From: Mobula hypostoma
Taxonomy: Eukaryota
Length of the DNA: 64,000 nt
Reading direction: 5' to 3'
Assembly: GCF_963921235.1 (NCBI RefSeq)
Contig: NC_086097.1
Span: 25,360,001-25,424,000 of the forward strand
Below are positions 37,296 through 50,144 of this stretch, piece after piece; positions within the stretch are counted from its first letter, which is position 1, and each line of letters starts with the position of its first letter. The notes beneath the pieces are model-generated. The model was not told where the DNA came from. It ran no database searches and worked only from the letters and a program-made list of their open reading frames with translations. The translations under genes and the position numbers were made by a program.

Positions 37296-37702
37296 TGTCA
37301 CCGCCGTTCGGATATGGACCAAGTGCGGAGTGAGAGACACTGAAGCGGGTCGATAGTTCACAAAACTTTAATGCGAACAGTGTTCGAATGAAAATAAAAC
37401 AATAAACGTTAGGCCAAACAGGGCCATTAACGAAGCCTCTACTGCGGCTGCAAAGAACATCTAATCATTAAACGAATGCCCTGAGTCTTCAGAGTCAGTT
37501 GACTCTACAGTCCAATTTCTCAGGCAAGGCCAATACAAAACAAAGGCGAAGCGTTGCTGTGCTCTGTCCAAGTCTCGACAAGCACTATGACGACAAGAAT
37601 GGAGTTAAATACTAACATGATTAAATAATAATTAGCTGACACGTGCAAGTTCACATGCGCAATTGCCGTATCTACTGCGCTGCCGAAACCGTGGTGGTGA
37701 CA
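37296..37702 (-). mobile_element. Solo LTR (407 bp) with 5-bp TSD
   Basis: TGTCACCGCC...GGTGGTGACA ends and TSD TCTAG (37291-37295 / 37703-37707). Minus-strand TATTTAA (37605-37611) and ATTAAA (37367-37372). CpG-rich; inserted in a CR1 3'UTR. Confidence 0.85.
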
Positions 37703-38142
37703 TCTAGTCTGCGCCAAAACCTTAAGACTACCTAGTTCCATCAACTGGCACCAGGACCATAGCGCTCCATACCCATATCATCCATGTACCTACCCAAACT
37801 TCTCTTAAACGTTGAAATTGACTTCACATGCACCACTTGTGCTGGCAGCTCATTCCACTCTCACTACTCTCTAAGCGAAGAAGTTTCCCCTCATGTTTTC
37901 CTTAAACAATTCATCTTTCACCCATGACTTCTAGTTGTAGTCCCATCCAACCTCAGTGGAAAAAGCCTGTTTGCATTTATTCTATTTATAACACTCATGA
38001 TTTTGTACACCTCTATCGAATCTTCCCTTAATCTCCTACATTCCAAGGATAAAGTCCTAACCTATTCAATCTTTCCTTTTAACTCAGGTCCTCCAGTCCC
38101 GGCAACATCCTTGTAAAATTTCTCTATACTCTTTCAACCTTA

Positions 38143-40322
38143 AGTAATATCCTGGTTAAGAATTTTACTGCTATGCTGTACGTATTTCATTTTAGCAGAT
38201 CTGTCTTGTCTCCCTTTCTCTTCACCATTTACACCTCGGACTTCAACTACTGCACAAAGTCTTGTCATCTTCAGAAGTTTTCTGATGACTCTGCCATAGT
38301 TGGATGCACCAGCAAGGGAGATGAGGCTGAGTACAGGGCTACGGTAGGAAACTTTGTCACATGCTGTGAGGAGAATTATCTGCAGCTTAATGTGAAAAAG
38401 ACTAAGCAGCTGGTGGTAGACCTGAGGAGAGCTAAGGTACCGGCGACCCCTGTTTCCATCCAGGGGGTCAGTGTGGACATGGTAGAGGATTACAAATACC
38501 TGGGGATACGAACTGACAATAAACTGGACTGGTCAAAGAACACGGAGGCTGTCTACAAGAAGGGTCAGAGCCGTCTCTATTTCCTGAGGAGACTGAGGTC
38601 CTTTAACATCTGCCGGACGATGCTGAGGATGTTCTACGAGACTGTGGTGGCCAGTGCGATCATGTTTGCTGTTGTGTGCTGGGGCAGCAGGCTGAGGGTA
38701 GCAGACACCAACAGAATCAACAAACTCATTCGTAAGGCCAGTGATGTTGTGGGGATGGAACTGGACTCTCTGACGGTGGTGTCTGAAAAGAGGATGCTGT
38801 CCAAGTTACATGCCATCTTGGACAATGTCTCCCATCCACTACATAATGTACTGGGTGGGCACAGGAGTACATTCAGCCAGAGACTCATTCCACCGAGATG
38901 CAACACAGAGCGTCATAGGAAGTCATTCCTGCCTGTGGCCATCAAACTTTACAACTCCTCCCTTGGAGGGACAGACACCCTGAGCCAATAGGCTGGTCCT
39001 AGACTTATTTCCTGGCATAATTTACATATTACTATTTAACTATTTATGGTTTTATTATTATTTAATTATTTATGGTGCAACTGTAATGAAAACCAATTTC
39101 CCCCAGGATCAATAAAGTATGACTATGACTATGACTATGTAAGAGCAGTATGTTCTGCTTTCAGCCTGTTTGGGTTTGTGCTAAGACAAGGGGCTTTGTT
39201 GTTTAACTTAGGAATGTTGTGTCAGCCAATCAGGGTGGTGGAATTGTGAGAAGGTTCTAGAGAATGCTGGATGGAGAGGTTTTTGTGATGGACACTGTTG
39301 TGGGTCAAGGTCTTTTTGGCGGGTGTGTTGCACGGAGCAACTGAAGAGAACCCAAGTGCAGGACACAGGTACGGAGATTGAGTTGGGATGCTTGCGCAGA
39401 CGTGAGCGTTGAACAGTAAACAGGAGGAACCTTGACACAGAGCTCTGATATGGAGTCTTGACACAGAGACGGGGTTTTCATGGAATATCTTGAAACTGGA
39501 GCTGAGCTTAGAACTAACGGTTCTAAGTGGTCGGGAAACAAAGTTATCACACGGGAATAGACCAACGAACTGGCGACCAGTGGTTGCGACACCGGAGTTC
39601 TTATATTGCAATTCTTGATGGAGACCAGGTGTGCTGTCATCAAGCAAATTAGCAGTAAATGGGAAATTTACGATTGGGATCAAGGCATAATCAAAGGAGA
39701 TTAGGGGCAAGATAGGGGATTAACAATCGGCACCATAACAGGGAGCTGCGAGAAGACAGGAGGGAAGATGACTGAGGATGCTGTCCCTGTTGCACAAGGT
39801 GCTTTGTGCAGATGAATGGCTTCAAGAAGGAAGTTCCAATACTCCTGTGGAGGAGCCATTTGTTTGAGATGGATTTTGAGCGACATTCAAAGGTGACGTG
39901 TGCTTTCACGCAGACCGAGAGTCCAGTGCGTGAGTTAAAGACAAGTTCAAGATGAGCTCCAACTTATGTGCATGTTTGACTGCATAATTATGATGGGCCC
40001 TTTTGTTTTTTTCTTTTTTTTTAATAACTACTTGGTTAAGCTAACATTCTTAAATATACTTTCTTTATAATTGTATGCAGTGTATGGTCCGTTATTTCTT
40101 GCTGACGGGCAATTGCCTGGGAGCAGGAAGTTACACAGTATTCACATAAATCAGGGTTCAAGTGGGCGAGACATCCCAACCTCACAGGTCTGGCAGGACC
40201 CAAGCCATATCTACCCTAGACTTACGGAGACCGCAATAGGTGGTTTTCTCACCAAGTCCGTGGCTGTTAGTGAGGGGCTAATGAGCCACATTTCTAGAGA
40301 CACCCAGTAAATGGTGGTTTCA
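38143..40322 (+). mobile_element. Solo LTR (about 1.24 kb) interrupted by a Rex1 copy, inserted in a CR1
   Basis: TSD CTTA (38139-38142 / 40323-40326); ends (A)GTAA...TTTCA. The host CR1 resumes (ctttcaacctta|ttttcatctctcctgtaggtaggtgacc). Confidence 0.8.
38201..39137 (+). mobile_element. Rex1/Babar LINE 5'-truncated copy with an uninterrupted RT C-terminal frame
   Basis: Near-identical to 14612-15548; ORF 38173-38991; AATAAA plus (TATGAC)n. Confidence 0.92.
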
Positions 40323-40879
40323 CTTATTTTCATCTCTCCTGTAGGTAGGTGACCAAAACTGCACACAATACTCCAAATTAGGCCTCACCAATGTCTTATA
40401 CAACTTAAACATAACATCCCATGTCCTGTATGTGGGCTGCCCCCAGCACAATCAAAAAACTACTGCATAATTGACATTGGATACAGTATACATTTCCTAG
40501 TAATGGTTCCAAGTTGATCAAAGGGTTAAAATTTGGTAACGGTGATATCCAGAACAGATTATTAAAAGCTTAGCCGACAGAGTAGGTTTCAAGAGTTTTT
40601 TAGGAAAGGAGAGAACATCTTAGACAACATTGACTGCTAAAGGTATCACCTCCAATGGTAAACTGAGTAACATCAGAACGGCACGAGAGGCCAAAATTGG
40701 AGAAGTACAAAGATCTTGTGGAACTACAGGACTGGAGAAGATTACAAGGCTCTGTACCTCTATATAAGTGTGACCTTAGGTGTGTTATGAGTCATAAATA
40801 CAAATGAGAAGTGTGGAAAGGACTGCAGAAAATCTCAGGGCAAGCTCCAAGATACAACCTTCTCCAACAGTGACAAAAT

Positions 40880-41745
40880 ACTATAAGACAAAGGAGCAGA
40901 ATTAGGCCATTTAGCCCAACAAATCTGCTCCACCATTCGATCATGGCTGATTTATTACCCCTCTCAACCCATTCTCCTGCCTTTTCCCCGTAATCTTTCA
41001 TGCCCTTGCTAATCAGGAACCCATTAACTTCCATTTTAAATATACCCAATGATTTGGCTTCCGCAGCCACCCATGGCAATAAATTCCACAGATTCAGCAG
41101 CCTATGGCTAAAGAAATTCCTCCTTATCTCTGTTCTAAAGAGACATCCTTATGTTCTGTGCCCCCTATTCCTAGACTAATCTGCTATAGGAAACATCCTC
41201 TTCATGTCCACACGATCTAGGATTTTAAACATTCAATAGGTTTTAATGAGATCTCCCCTCCCCCATTCTTTTAAACGCAAGCAAGTACGGGCCCAGAGCC
41301 ATCAAAACATCAAACGCTCCTCATATGTTAACCATTTGATTCCCGGGATTATTCTCATGAACCTCCTCTGGATCATCTCCCAGGCCATTACATCTTTTCT
41401 TAGATAAGGGGCCAAAATTGTTCACAATACTACAAGTGCAGTCTAACCAATGCCTTAAAAAGCCCCAGCATGACATCCTTGCTTTCCTATTCTATTCCTC
41501 TCAAAGTAAATGTTAATATTACATTTGCTTTTCCTACCACTGACTCAACCTACAAGTTAACCTTTAGGGAATCTTGCACAAAAACTCCCAAGTTCTTTGC
41601 ACCTCCAATTTCTAAGTCACTCCACTTTTAGAAAATAGTCTACGCTTTTTATTCCTTTTACCAAAGTGCATGACCATACTCTTCCCTACACTGCAGTCCA
41701 TTTGCCACTTCTTTGCCCATTCTCCTAATCAGTCCAAACCCTTCA
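40880..41745 (-). mobile_element. CR1 3' fragment
   Basis: Reverse CR1 ORF2 end and 3'UTR motifs. Confidence 0.8.
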
Positions 41746-41882
41746 GCAGAATTATGTTTAACAAAACCTGGAAACTGTATCATTTAAGTGAAACACCAGT
41801 AAAAGAGATCAATATAGTGATAGAAGGCAACATATGTAAAAAAAACAAAGTTAGTTGTGAAAAGCGAAAAAGTTTACATTAC

Positions 41883-42059
41883 TTTGAAGTTGTCACTAGC
41901 ACCCCTGGAGAGGAAATCGCACGCAATCTCAATTTCTTTTCCAATAGCACAAAGGATCATCTCTTGCTCTGTCTGCACCTTTGTGATCTGATCTTTTAGC
42001 TGAAATGTCATTTGCTCTAGTTGTCTTGCACACTCTTCATCGTTAACTGCCAGCTTACC
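41883..42059 (-). CDS. CEP128: CEP128 internal coding exon (177 nt, phase 0-0): GKLAVNDEECARQLEQMTFQLKDQITKVQTEQEMILCAIGKEIEIACDFLSRGASDNFK
   Basis: ttcttctacag acceptor, AAA|gtaatg donor. Matches recalled human QLKDQ..ETEQESILGVIGKEIDAAC; in frame with the next two exons. Confidence 0.92.
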
Positions 42060-42355
42060 CTGTAGAAGAAATGTAAAAGATCACCATTAAGTTTTGTTGC
42101 TTAATACATCGTTCAATAACTCAGTACAGAAAGACACAGAAGATTCCTGTGTAGATTTGAATTGTGCCTTGTGTGGCTTCAATATCCCTAGTATATCATA
42201 TGTCTAAAGAGGCATATATGAAGCTTTGTCTACTCCGTAATGCAGGGAATGTACACAGCCTTGGATTGGCGAACCAGGTTTGTGCCTTCATTACGTGCCA
42301 AGTTGTATGACGAGGGTGATCATGGTCTTTCCATGACCATCATTGTTCTTGGCAA

Positions 42356-44059
42356 CACACACAAAATGCTGGAGGAACTCAGCAAGCCAGGTAGCATCGA
42401 TGGAAAAAAGTACAGTCAATGTTTCAGGCTGAAATCCTTTGACAGGACTGGAGAAAAAAAGCTGAGCAATAGATTTAAAAGGTGGTGGAAGGGGAGAGAG
42501 AAACACGAGGTGATAGGTGAAACCTGGAGGGGGAGGGATGAAGCAAAGAGCTGGGAAGATGATTGGTGAAAGATACAGAAGGCCATGGAAGAAAGAAAAA
42601 GGGAGAAAGAGCACCAGAGGGAGGCAATGGGCTGGCAAGAAGATAAGGTGAGGGAGGGAAAAGGGGATGGGAAATCGTGAAGAAGGAGGGGTGAGGGGCA
42701 TTACCAGAAGTTTGAGAAATTGATGTTCATGCCATCAGTTTGGAGGCTACGCAAACAGAATAAGGTGTTGTTCCTCCAACCTAAATGTGGCCTCATCACA
42801 ACACTGGAGGAGGCCATGGATAGACATAGCAGAATGGGAATGGGAAGCGGAATTAAAATGGGAGGCGACCAGTAGACCCGCTTGTTTTGGCAGACAGAGC
42901 GTAGATGGTCATCAAAGTGGTCTCCCAATCTACATCAGGTCTCACCGATATACAGGAGGCCACACCGGGTTCACAGAACACAGTAAATGAACCCAACAGA
43001 CTCAAAGGTGAAGTGTCGCCTCACCTGGAAGAACTGTTTAGGGCCCTGAATGGTAGTGAGGGAGGAAGATGTAGAGGCAGGAGTAGCACCTGTTCCGCTT
43101 GCGATGAAGAGTGCAAGGAGGGAGATCAGTAGGGAGGGACAAAGTGGAGAAGGGAGTCATGTAGGGAACGATCCCTGCGGAAAGCACAAAGTGGGAGGGA
43201 GAGAAAGATGTGCTTGGTTGTGGGATCCCATTGGAAGTGGCAGAAGTTTCAGAGAATGATGTGCTGCATGCGGAGGCTGGTGGGATGGTAGGTGAGGACA
43301 AGAGGAACCCTATCTCTGGTAGGGTGGCAGGAGGATGGAGTAAGAGCAGACATGCATGAAGTACAAGAGATACATTTGAGGGCAGCATTGATGGTGGAGG
43401 AAGGAAAACCTCTTTCTTTGAAAAAGGAAGACATCTCCTTTGTTTTAGAATGAAAGGCCTCATCCTGAGAGCAGATGTGTCAGAGACAGAGGAATTGAGA
43501 GAAGGGAATGGCACTTTCACAAATAGCAGGGTGGTACGAGGTATAGTCCAGGTAGTTGTAAGAGTTGGTGGGATTGTAATAGACATCAGTGGATAAACTG
43601 TCTCCAGAGACAGAGACAGTGAGATCAAAAAAAGGGAAGGGAGGTGTCGGAAAAGGACCAGATGAATTTGAGGGCAGGGTGGAAGTTGGAGGCAAAGTGG
43701 ATGAAGTCGATGAGTTCAGCACAGGTGCAGGAAGCAGCACCAATGCAGTAGTCGATGTACCATAGGAAAAATACGGGATGGTCACCAGTGTCAACTTGGA
43801 ACATAGACTGTTCCACGTAGCTGACAAACAGGAAGGCATAGCTAGGACTTCCTTTTGTTTGAAGGAAGTGGGAGGGGCCAAAGGAAAAATTATTTAGAGT
43901 GAGGACAAGTTCTGCTAGGCGGAGGAGAGTGGTGGTGGAGGGGAACTAGTTAGGTCCTGTGTTCAGAAAAAAATGTAGATCTTTAAGGCCTTCCTGGTGA
44001 GGGATAGAGGTGTACAGGGACTGGACAATCATAGTAAAAATAAGATGATGGGGGCCATT
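42356..44059 (-). mobile_element. Penelope-like element (RT C-terminus, GIY-YIG, terminal repeat), degenerate
   Basis: WYIDYCIG, LSTDVYYNPTNSYNYLDYTSYHP, FFKERGFP, VPLVLTYHP, YIGET...GDHFDDHLRSV; TSD TTGGCAA (42349-42355 / 44060-44066). Confidence 0.88.
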
Positions 44060-44350
44060 TTGGCAAATTTTTCTTCATAAAAGTGGTTTGCCATTGCTGC
44101 CGTCTGGGCAGTATTTTTACAAGACAGGTGACCCCAATCATTATCAATACTCTTCAGAGATTGTCTGCCTGGGGTCAGTGGTCGCATAACTAGGATTTGT
44201 GACATGCATCAGCTGCTCATATAACCATCCACCATCTGCTCCCATGGCTTCACGCTAAGCAGGTGCTACCCCTTGGTGACCTGCAGTCTAGTAGAGGTGT
44301 AATGCTTTATATCCCCTTTGGTGGAGACATACCTCCATCCCACCACCTTA
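44060..44350 (-). mobile_element. RTE-derived non-autonomous/SINE-like element (other part at about 42290-42355), split by Penelope
   Basis: aagtggtttgccattgc motif typical of RTE-partnered SINE tails; the sequence is continuous across the Penelope TSD. Confidence 0.5.
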
Positions 44351-44769
44351 GTTGGACAGATACATGAATTAGATTAAGGGCCAAACACTGGCAATGGGAC
44401 TGACTTGGATTGGACATCTTAGTTGGCATAGACCAGTTGGCCATTGTTTCATGTTGTATGACTCTATGACCATAAGACATGGGATCTGAATTAGGCCACT
44501 CGGCTCAACGAGTCTGTTCCACCATTCAAAATGTCTGATTTATTACCAAACCTATCAACCTTATTCTCCTGCCTCCTCCCCGTAAACTTTGAAGCCCTTG
44601 TTAATCAAGATCCTAGCAACTTCTGCTTTAAATATACCCAATGACTTGCACTCTACAGCAGTCTGTGGCAATGACTTCCACAGTTTTGTCACCCTCTGGC
44701 TAGAGAAATTTCTATAACTATAAATGGTCATCATAGATCATGAGAGGGTTGTTCTTTTAAAATGATAAT

Positions 44770-44960
44770 TGAAGGATAAGTCTTTCCAAGACAGCAGGGT
44801 TCTCTTGCTCACTTTAATGTGGTGCCACAGTATCATTAGTGTGCACTCAAAGAAACAACGGGATCGATAGCACACGTCAGTACTGCACTGGCATGTTGTC
44901 CTCGATTATTTCTTAGTCTGTGGAATTGGACTCAGCACATATCCCACCAACTCTAAGGAA
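44770..44960 (-). mobile_element. Old Deu-domain (SacSINE/AmnSINE-like) SINE remnant
   Basis: gtgcca...cagtactgcactgg...gtctgtggaattggactc resembles the reverse of the recalled DeuSINE core. Confidence 0.5.
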
Positions 44961-45324
44961 ATTGTCCTTTTGAGATAACACCAACACGCTTGAGGGTCTG
45001 TTATCCTGTTGTATTCTCTAAATAAAAAATAAATAACCACTATGACTCCAATAGTCCTGCGTTATGTAGACTAATTTCCATTTTCTGAATCCTTCTTTGA
45101 GGGTAGACAACTCAGAATAAACTAATGGTCTATCATGTTACACTAACTACTGGCTTTCTACATTATTTTATGATGTGGAATTACCTACAGATGCCTCAAG
45201 GCGGCACAGTTAAGTGGCGCCTCTTTGCAAGCAGCTCCGATGGGAATCATCAAATATTCCTGTTTAGGGCTACTACAGCTGAAATCCACAGTTACATCCT
45301 TGGGTACTTCAGTAAGCAACATCA

Positions 45325-45390
45325 TCATAGTCATAGTCATAGTCATACTTTATTGATCCCGAGGGAAATTGATTTTTGTTACAGTTGCCC
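45325..45390 (-). mobile_element. Rex1 extreme 3' end
   Basis: (GTCATA)n plus ctttattgatccc..ggaaatt, the reverse of the tails at about 15480-15548 and 39078-39137. Confidence 0.85.
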
Positions 45391-45499
45391 CAACCAAGTA
45401 TCATTTTAAGATATTTAAAAAGTTTATCAATCCTCAAAATCAAAGGACCACAGTCAGCATACTCAGGTCACGAGTGCAGTTCCCCGTTCCCCTTTAAGA

Positions 45500-48170
45500 A
45501 AGAGGAAGTCAGATCAGCATGCTGGGCTGTAGGTACCATTGAAATGCAGAGGCTTTAGACACTACCCCCACCCCCAACTATCCTGCCGCTGAAAGTTTGC
45601 ACAGTCTCTAGAAAATGAAGCTGAAGAACTCGGAGCAAGATTTCAGTACCAGAGGGATACTAGGGAGTACTGTGTACTTCGTTTCACGGAAACGTGGCTC
45701 ACCCCCCATTGTTTCAGATGCAGCGCTGCAGTCCAATGAGGTGAAGTATGCTTCATGATTAACTTATCATGGTGCACAGACGAGACAGTTCTGTCTCAGT
45801 CTTGTTGACATGACCTGGAACATCTAGTGATCAAGTGTCATCCACTTTATTTGCCAAGCGAGGTTTCTGCCATCATCCTGCTAACGGTGTACAATCCACC
45901 TCAGGCCAACATCAGGCAGGCTTCAGAGGAGTTGAGCACTGTGATCAGCAGTCACAAAACAGCACATCCTGAGGCCTTCCTTGTCATTGCAGGGAATTTC
46001 AATCTTGAAGAAGTCTTTGAACAACTACTACCAACACATCACAAGTAGATCCAGAGGAGCCAACACACTTGACTGCTGTAATACCACCATCGAGGATGCT
46101 TAATGTGCCATCCCACACCTGCACTTTGGAAAGCCTGATCACTTGACTAAATTTCTACTCTCAGTGGATAAGCAGAAACTAAACAGCACAGCACCAGTGG
46201 CAAGGACCAGGAAGTTATGGTCAAGGAAGGTGGAGGAACGCTTACAGGACTGCTTTGAATTGGTGGACTGGACAATATTCAAGGGTTCGCCTTCAACTCT
46301 GAACAAATATGCTCCAGTTGTCACTGCCTTCATCAACACCTGTGTAGATGAGTGTGTGCCTACGAGAACAAACAGGACGTACCCAAACCAAGAGCTGTAT
46401 ATGAACCAGGAGATTCGTAGCCTGCTGAGGACTAGATCGGTGTCAATCAAGACTGATGATCCAGAACTATACAAGGTCCAAGTATGAACTATGGAAGGTT
46501 CGTTTACAGGTAAGAAAACAATTCCAATTGGAAGTTAGGGACGGAATCGGATACACATCAGCTCTGGCATGTTTGCAGGCCATTACTTCCTACAAGGCGA
46601 AGCCTAACATCATGAATGGCTGTAATGCTTCACTCCCTGATGAGCAAAACACCTTTTATGTACATTTTGAAAGGCAAAATAAAACTACAGCTGTGCAAAT
46701 CCCTGAAGCATCTGGTGACCCTGTGATCTCTGTCTCAGCGGGCGAAGTCAGAAAGTCAGAACATCTTTCATGATGTTTAACCTTTATATCGTCAGGCCCT
46801 GATGGTGTATCTGGCAAGGTACAGAAAACTTGTCCCAATCAACTGGCAGGAATGGTCAAGGACTTCAATCCCTCCCTACTGAAGTCGGAGGTTTGCACCT
46901 GCTTCAAAAGGGCAGTAATCATACCAATGCCCAAGAAGAGCAGGGTGAGCTGCCATAATGACCATTGTCCTGCAGTACTTACATCTACAGTGAAGAAGTG
47001 CCTTGAAGGTTGGTTACGGCAAGAATCAACTCCTGCCTAAGCAAGTACATGGAACCACTGCAATTTGCCTATCACCACAATAGGTCTACAGTGGATGCAA
47101 TCTCACTGGCTCTCCACTCAGCCTTGGTTCACCTGCACAGCAGCAATATCTACATCAGGCTGCTGTTTATTGATTACAGCTCAGCGTTCAACACCATCGT
47201 ACCCTCAGTACTAACCAATAATCACCAAAACCTGGGCACTGTACCTCCCTCTGCAACTGGATCTTTAAGACTTCCTCATTGGGAGACCAGCCAATGCAGA
47301 TCAGAAATAACATCTCCTCCTGGCTGACACACCTGAAGGATGTGTGCTTATCCCACTGCTCTACTCTCTCCTCACCCACACTGTGTGGCTAGGCACAGCT
47401 CAAATAGCATCTATAAACTTGCCGCAGCTATTGCAGGCAGAATTTCAGATGGTAGCAAGGAGGCACACAGAAGTGAGACAGTTGAGCTGATTGAGTGGTG
47501 TCGCAGCAAAGACCTTGCAGTCAACATCAGGAAGACCAAGGAACTTCAGGAAGGGGAAATCAAGGGAACATACACAGTCCTTATCAAGGGATCAGAATGG
47601 AAAGGGTGAACAGTTTCAAGATCCTGGGTGTCAACATCTCTGAAGATCTGTCCTGGGCCCAAAATATTGATGCAATTACAAAGAAGATACGACAGCTGCT
47701 ATACTTCATTAGGAGTTTGAGGAGACTTGATACCAAAGACGCTCGCAAATTTCTACAGATGCACTAGGGAGAGCATTATAACTGGTTACATCACTGCCTG
47801 GTATGGAGGGACCAGTGCACAGGATCGGAAAAAACTGCAGAGGTTGCAAGCTTCCATCATGAGCACGAGCCTCCCCAGCAGCAACAACATCTTCAAAAGG
47901 CGACATCCATCACAAAGAACCCTCACCATCCAGGACATGCCTTGTTCTCATTGCTACCATAAAGAAGAGGTAACAGCAGCCTGAAGACACACACTCAACG
48001 TTTTAGGAACAGCTTCTTCTCCACCACCATCAAATTTCTGTGTTGACCATGAATGCATATACCTCACAGTATTTTTTTAATAGTAACTTACAGTTTTTTA
48101 TTATGTACTGCTCCGGCAAAACAACATATTTCACGGTATCTGGCAGTGATATTCAACCTGATTCTGATTC
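45500..48170 (+). mobile_element. Near-complete degenerate Rex/Babar-type LINE (APE endonuclease and RT)
   Basis: FTETWL, VYNPP, IAGNFN, LQFAY, LFIDYSSAFNT, FKILGV fragments; (gattct) tail. Confidence 0.85.
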
Positions 48171-48374
48171 TACAGCAGATACTTCTACGCACAGTCCCTA
48201 CAAAATCTCCAAATCCACCAATAGGATCAGTGAATACCTCTCCCTGGCCTCAAGGTTCACAACAATCAGGTTCCAAGTACATTCAGCTGGCAGCTTCACA
48301 TGTATAACCCAAGACTCCTGAAATTTATAGGAACAAACACAAGATTTCATGACAGATTTCACTTCGGTGGAACT

Positions 48375-49105
48375 AACCAGGGCAGGTCTTACACAGTGAA
48401 CAGGAGGGGACTGAGGAGTGTGGTAGAATAAAGGGATCGGGGAATAAAGGTCCATAATTGAAAGTGGTGTCACAGGTAGATACGGTCGTAAAGAAAGCCT
48501 TTGGCACATTGGCCTTGATAGATCAATGTATTGAGTACAGGAGATGGGGTATTATGTTGAAGATGTATAAGAAATAGGTGAGGCCTAATTTGCAGTATTG
48601 TGTGCAGTGTTGGCCACCTACAGGAAAGTTGTAAACAAGGTTGAAAGAGTACAGAGAAAACTTGCAAGGACGATGCTGGGTCTGTAGCAATCTTATAATT
48701 AAAGATTAAATAGGTTAGGACTATATTCTTTAGAATATAGAAGACTGAGAGGAGATTTAATAGAGGTACACAAGCAGGCTTTTTCCACTGAGGTTGGGTG
48801 GGACTACAACCAAAGGTCATGGGTTAAAGGGTGAAAGGTGAAAAGTTTAACAGGGAAAATGAGGGGAAACTTCTTCACCCAGAGGGTCATGAGAGTGTGA
48901 AATAAGCTGCCAGCACAAGTGGTGCATGCAAGCTCGATTTCAACATTTAAGAGCTAACTGGATAGGTACATGGATGGTAGGGGTATGCAGGGCTACTGTA
49001 TGTCCCAATTCAGGTTGATGGGAGTAGGTAATTTAAAAGGTTTTAGCATGGAGTAGATGCCCCAAAGGGCCTGTTTCTGTGCTGTACTTCTCTATGACTC
49101 TATGA
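48375..49105 (+). mobile_element. CR1 3' fragment
   Basis: gtgaggcctaatttgcagtattgtgtgcag, gaagactgagaggagatttaatagagg, (ctatgact) tail. Confidence 0.8.
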
Positions 49106-50144
49106 TATCTGCCAGTGATATTAAACTTGATTCTGATCTGAAGCTGATTCTGATGCTGGAGGAGCACAGCAAGTCAGGCAGTACCTATAGAGGAATGAAC
49201 TGACATTTCGGGCTGAGACCCATTCTGTTTCTCTTTTAATCGCTTGCGTTCCTCAAATTTACTCTCTACTCTGAGCTAAGGTGGACAGAGGAAAGCAATG
49301 CAACACTCTTAATAAAAAATATAACATCTATGCTGATTCTTGGGAACTTCTGAGCCACGACTGTTCAGAGTGGAGAAAGAGTGTTCATCAAACATAGAAC
49401 ATAGTAAAGGAAGAGGCAGTTTCTGTGTCCAGTGACTCTGTGATACTATGAGTCTGCACTATCATATTCCTCAAAGTGTCCATTCAAACAGGACAATGTT
49501 CACTGCACACAGGAGAAGAGTCGAGTTATAAAAAAGCACTTTCTCAGGTGAAACATTCAATATTTATCTAGTGGATATAAAACTAAAGGGAAAGAAAAAT
49601 GGTCCGAGTGGATAATGGTGCAAGGAAGCAATGGCCCACTTCACAAATTCAGTCAGCACCTATTAAGCAACATTCTGAATGACTGGACTACTGATGGATA
49701 CAAAGCCAGATTAATAGTCTAATGTGGAATCATAGTTTCAGAGATATACAGCACAGAAACAAGTTCCCCTCTGGCCAAATTTGCCCATGCTGACTAAATG
49801 GCCTATCTACACTAATTCCATTTGCCTGTATTTGGTCCACATCCCTCTAAGTCTTTCCTTGAGAATGTGCATGCTGCATAATTACTACTAGGTTTGCTAG
49901 AGCTGTTGGGGAGAATCAAACTTCTATGGACATGTGGTGCAGTGTATACTGACTGGTTGCATCATAGTCTGGTATGGAGACACTGATGTCCTTGAACAAA
50001 AAAGCCTACAAAAAGTAGTGGATACGGCCCAGTCCATCATGGATAAAGCTCTCCCCACCACAGAGCACATTTACATGCAGCGCTGTCGCAGGGTTGTATA
50101 TGGTGACATGTATGTACTTTTATTATAAATTTACTTTAAACTTT

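Noticed and set aside
48238..48317. AG..GT-bounded open stretch on the minus strand (ESWVIHVKLPAEC..)
   Set aside because: Weak donor (gtattc), no CEP128 similarity, sandwiched between TE fragments.
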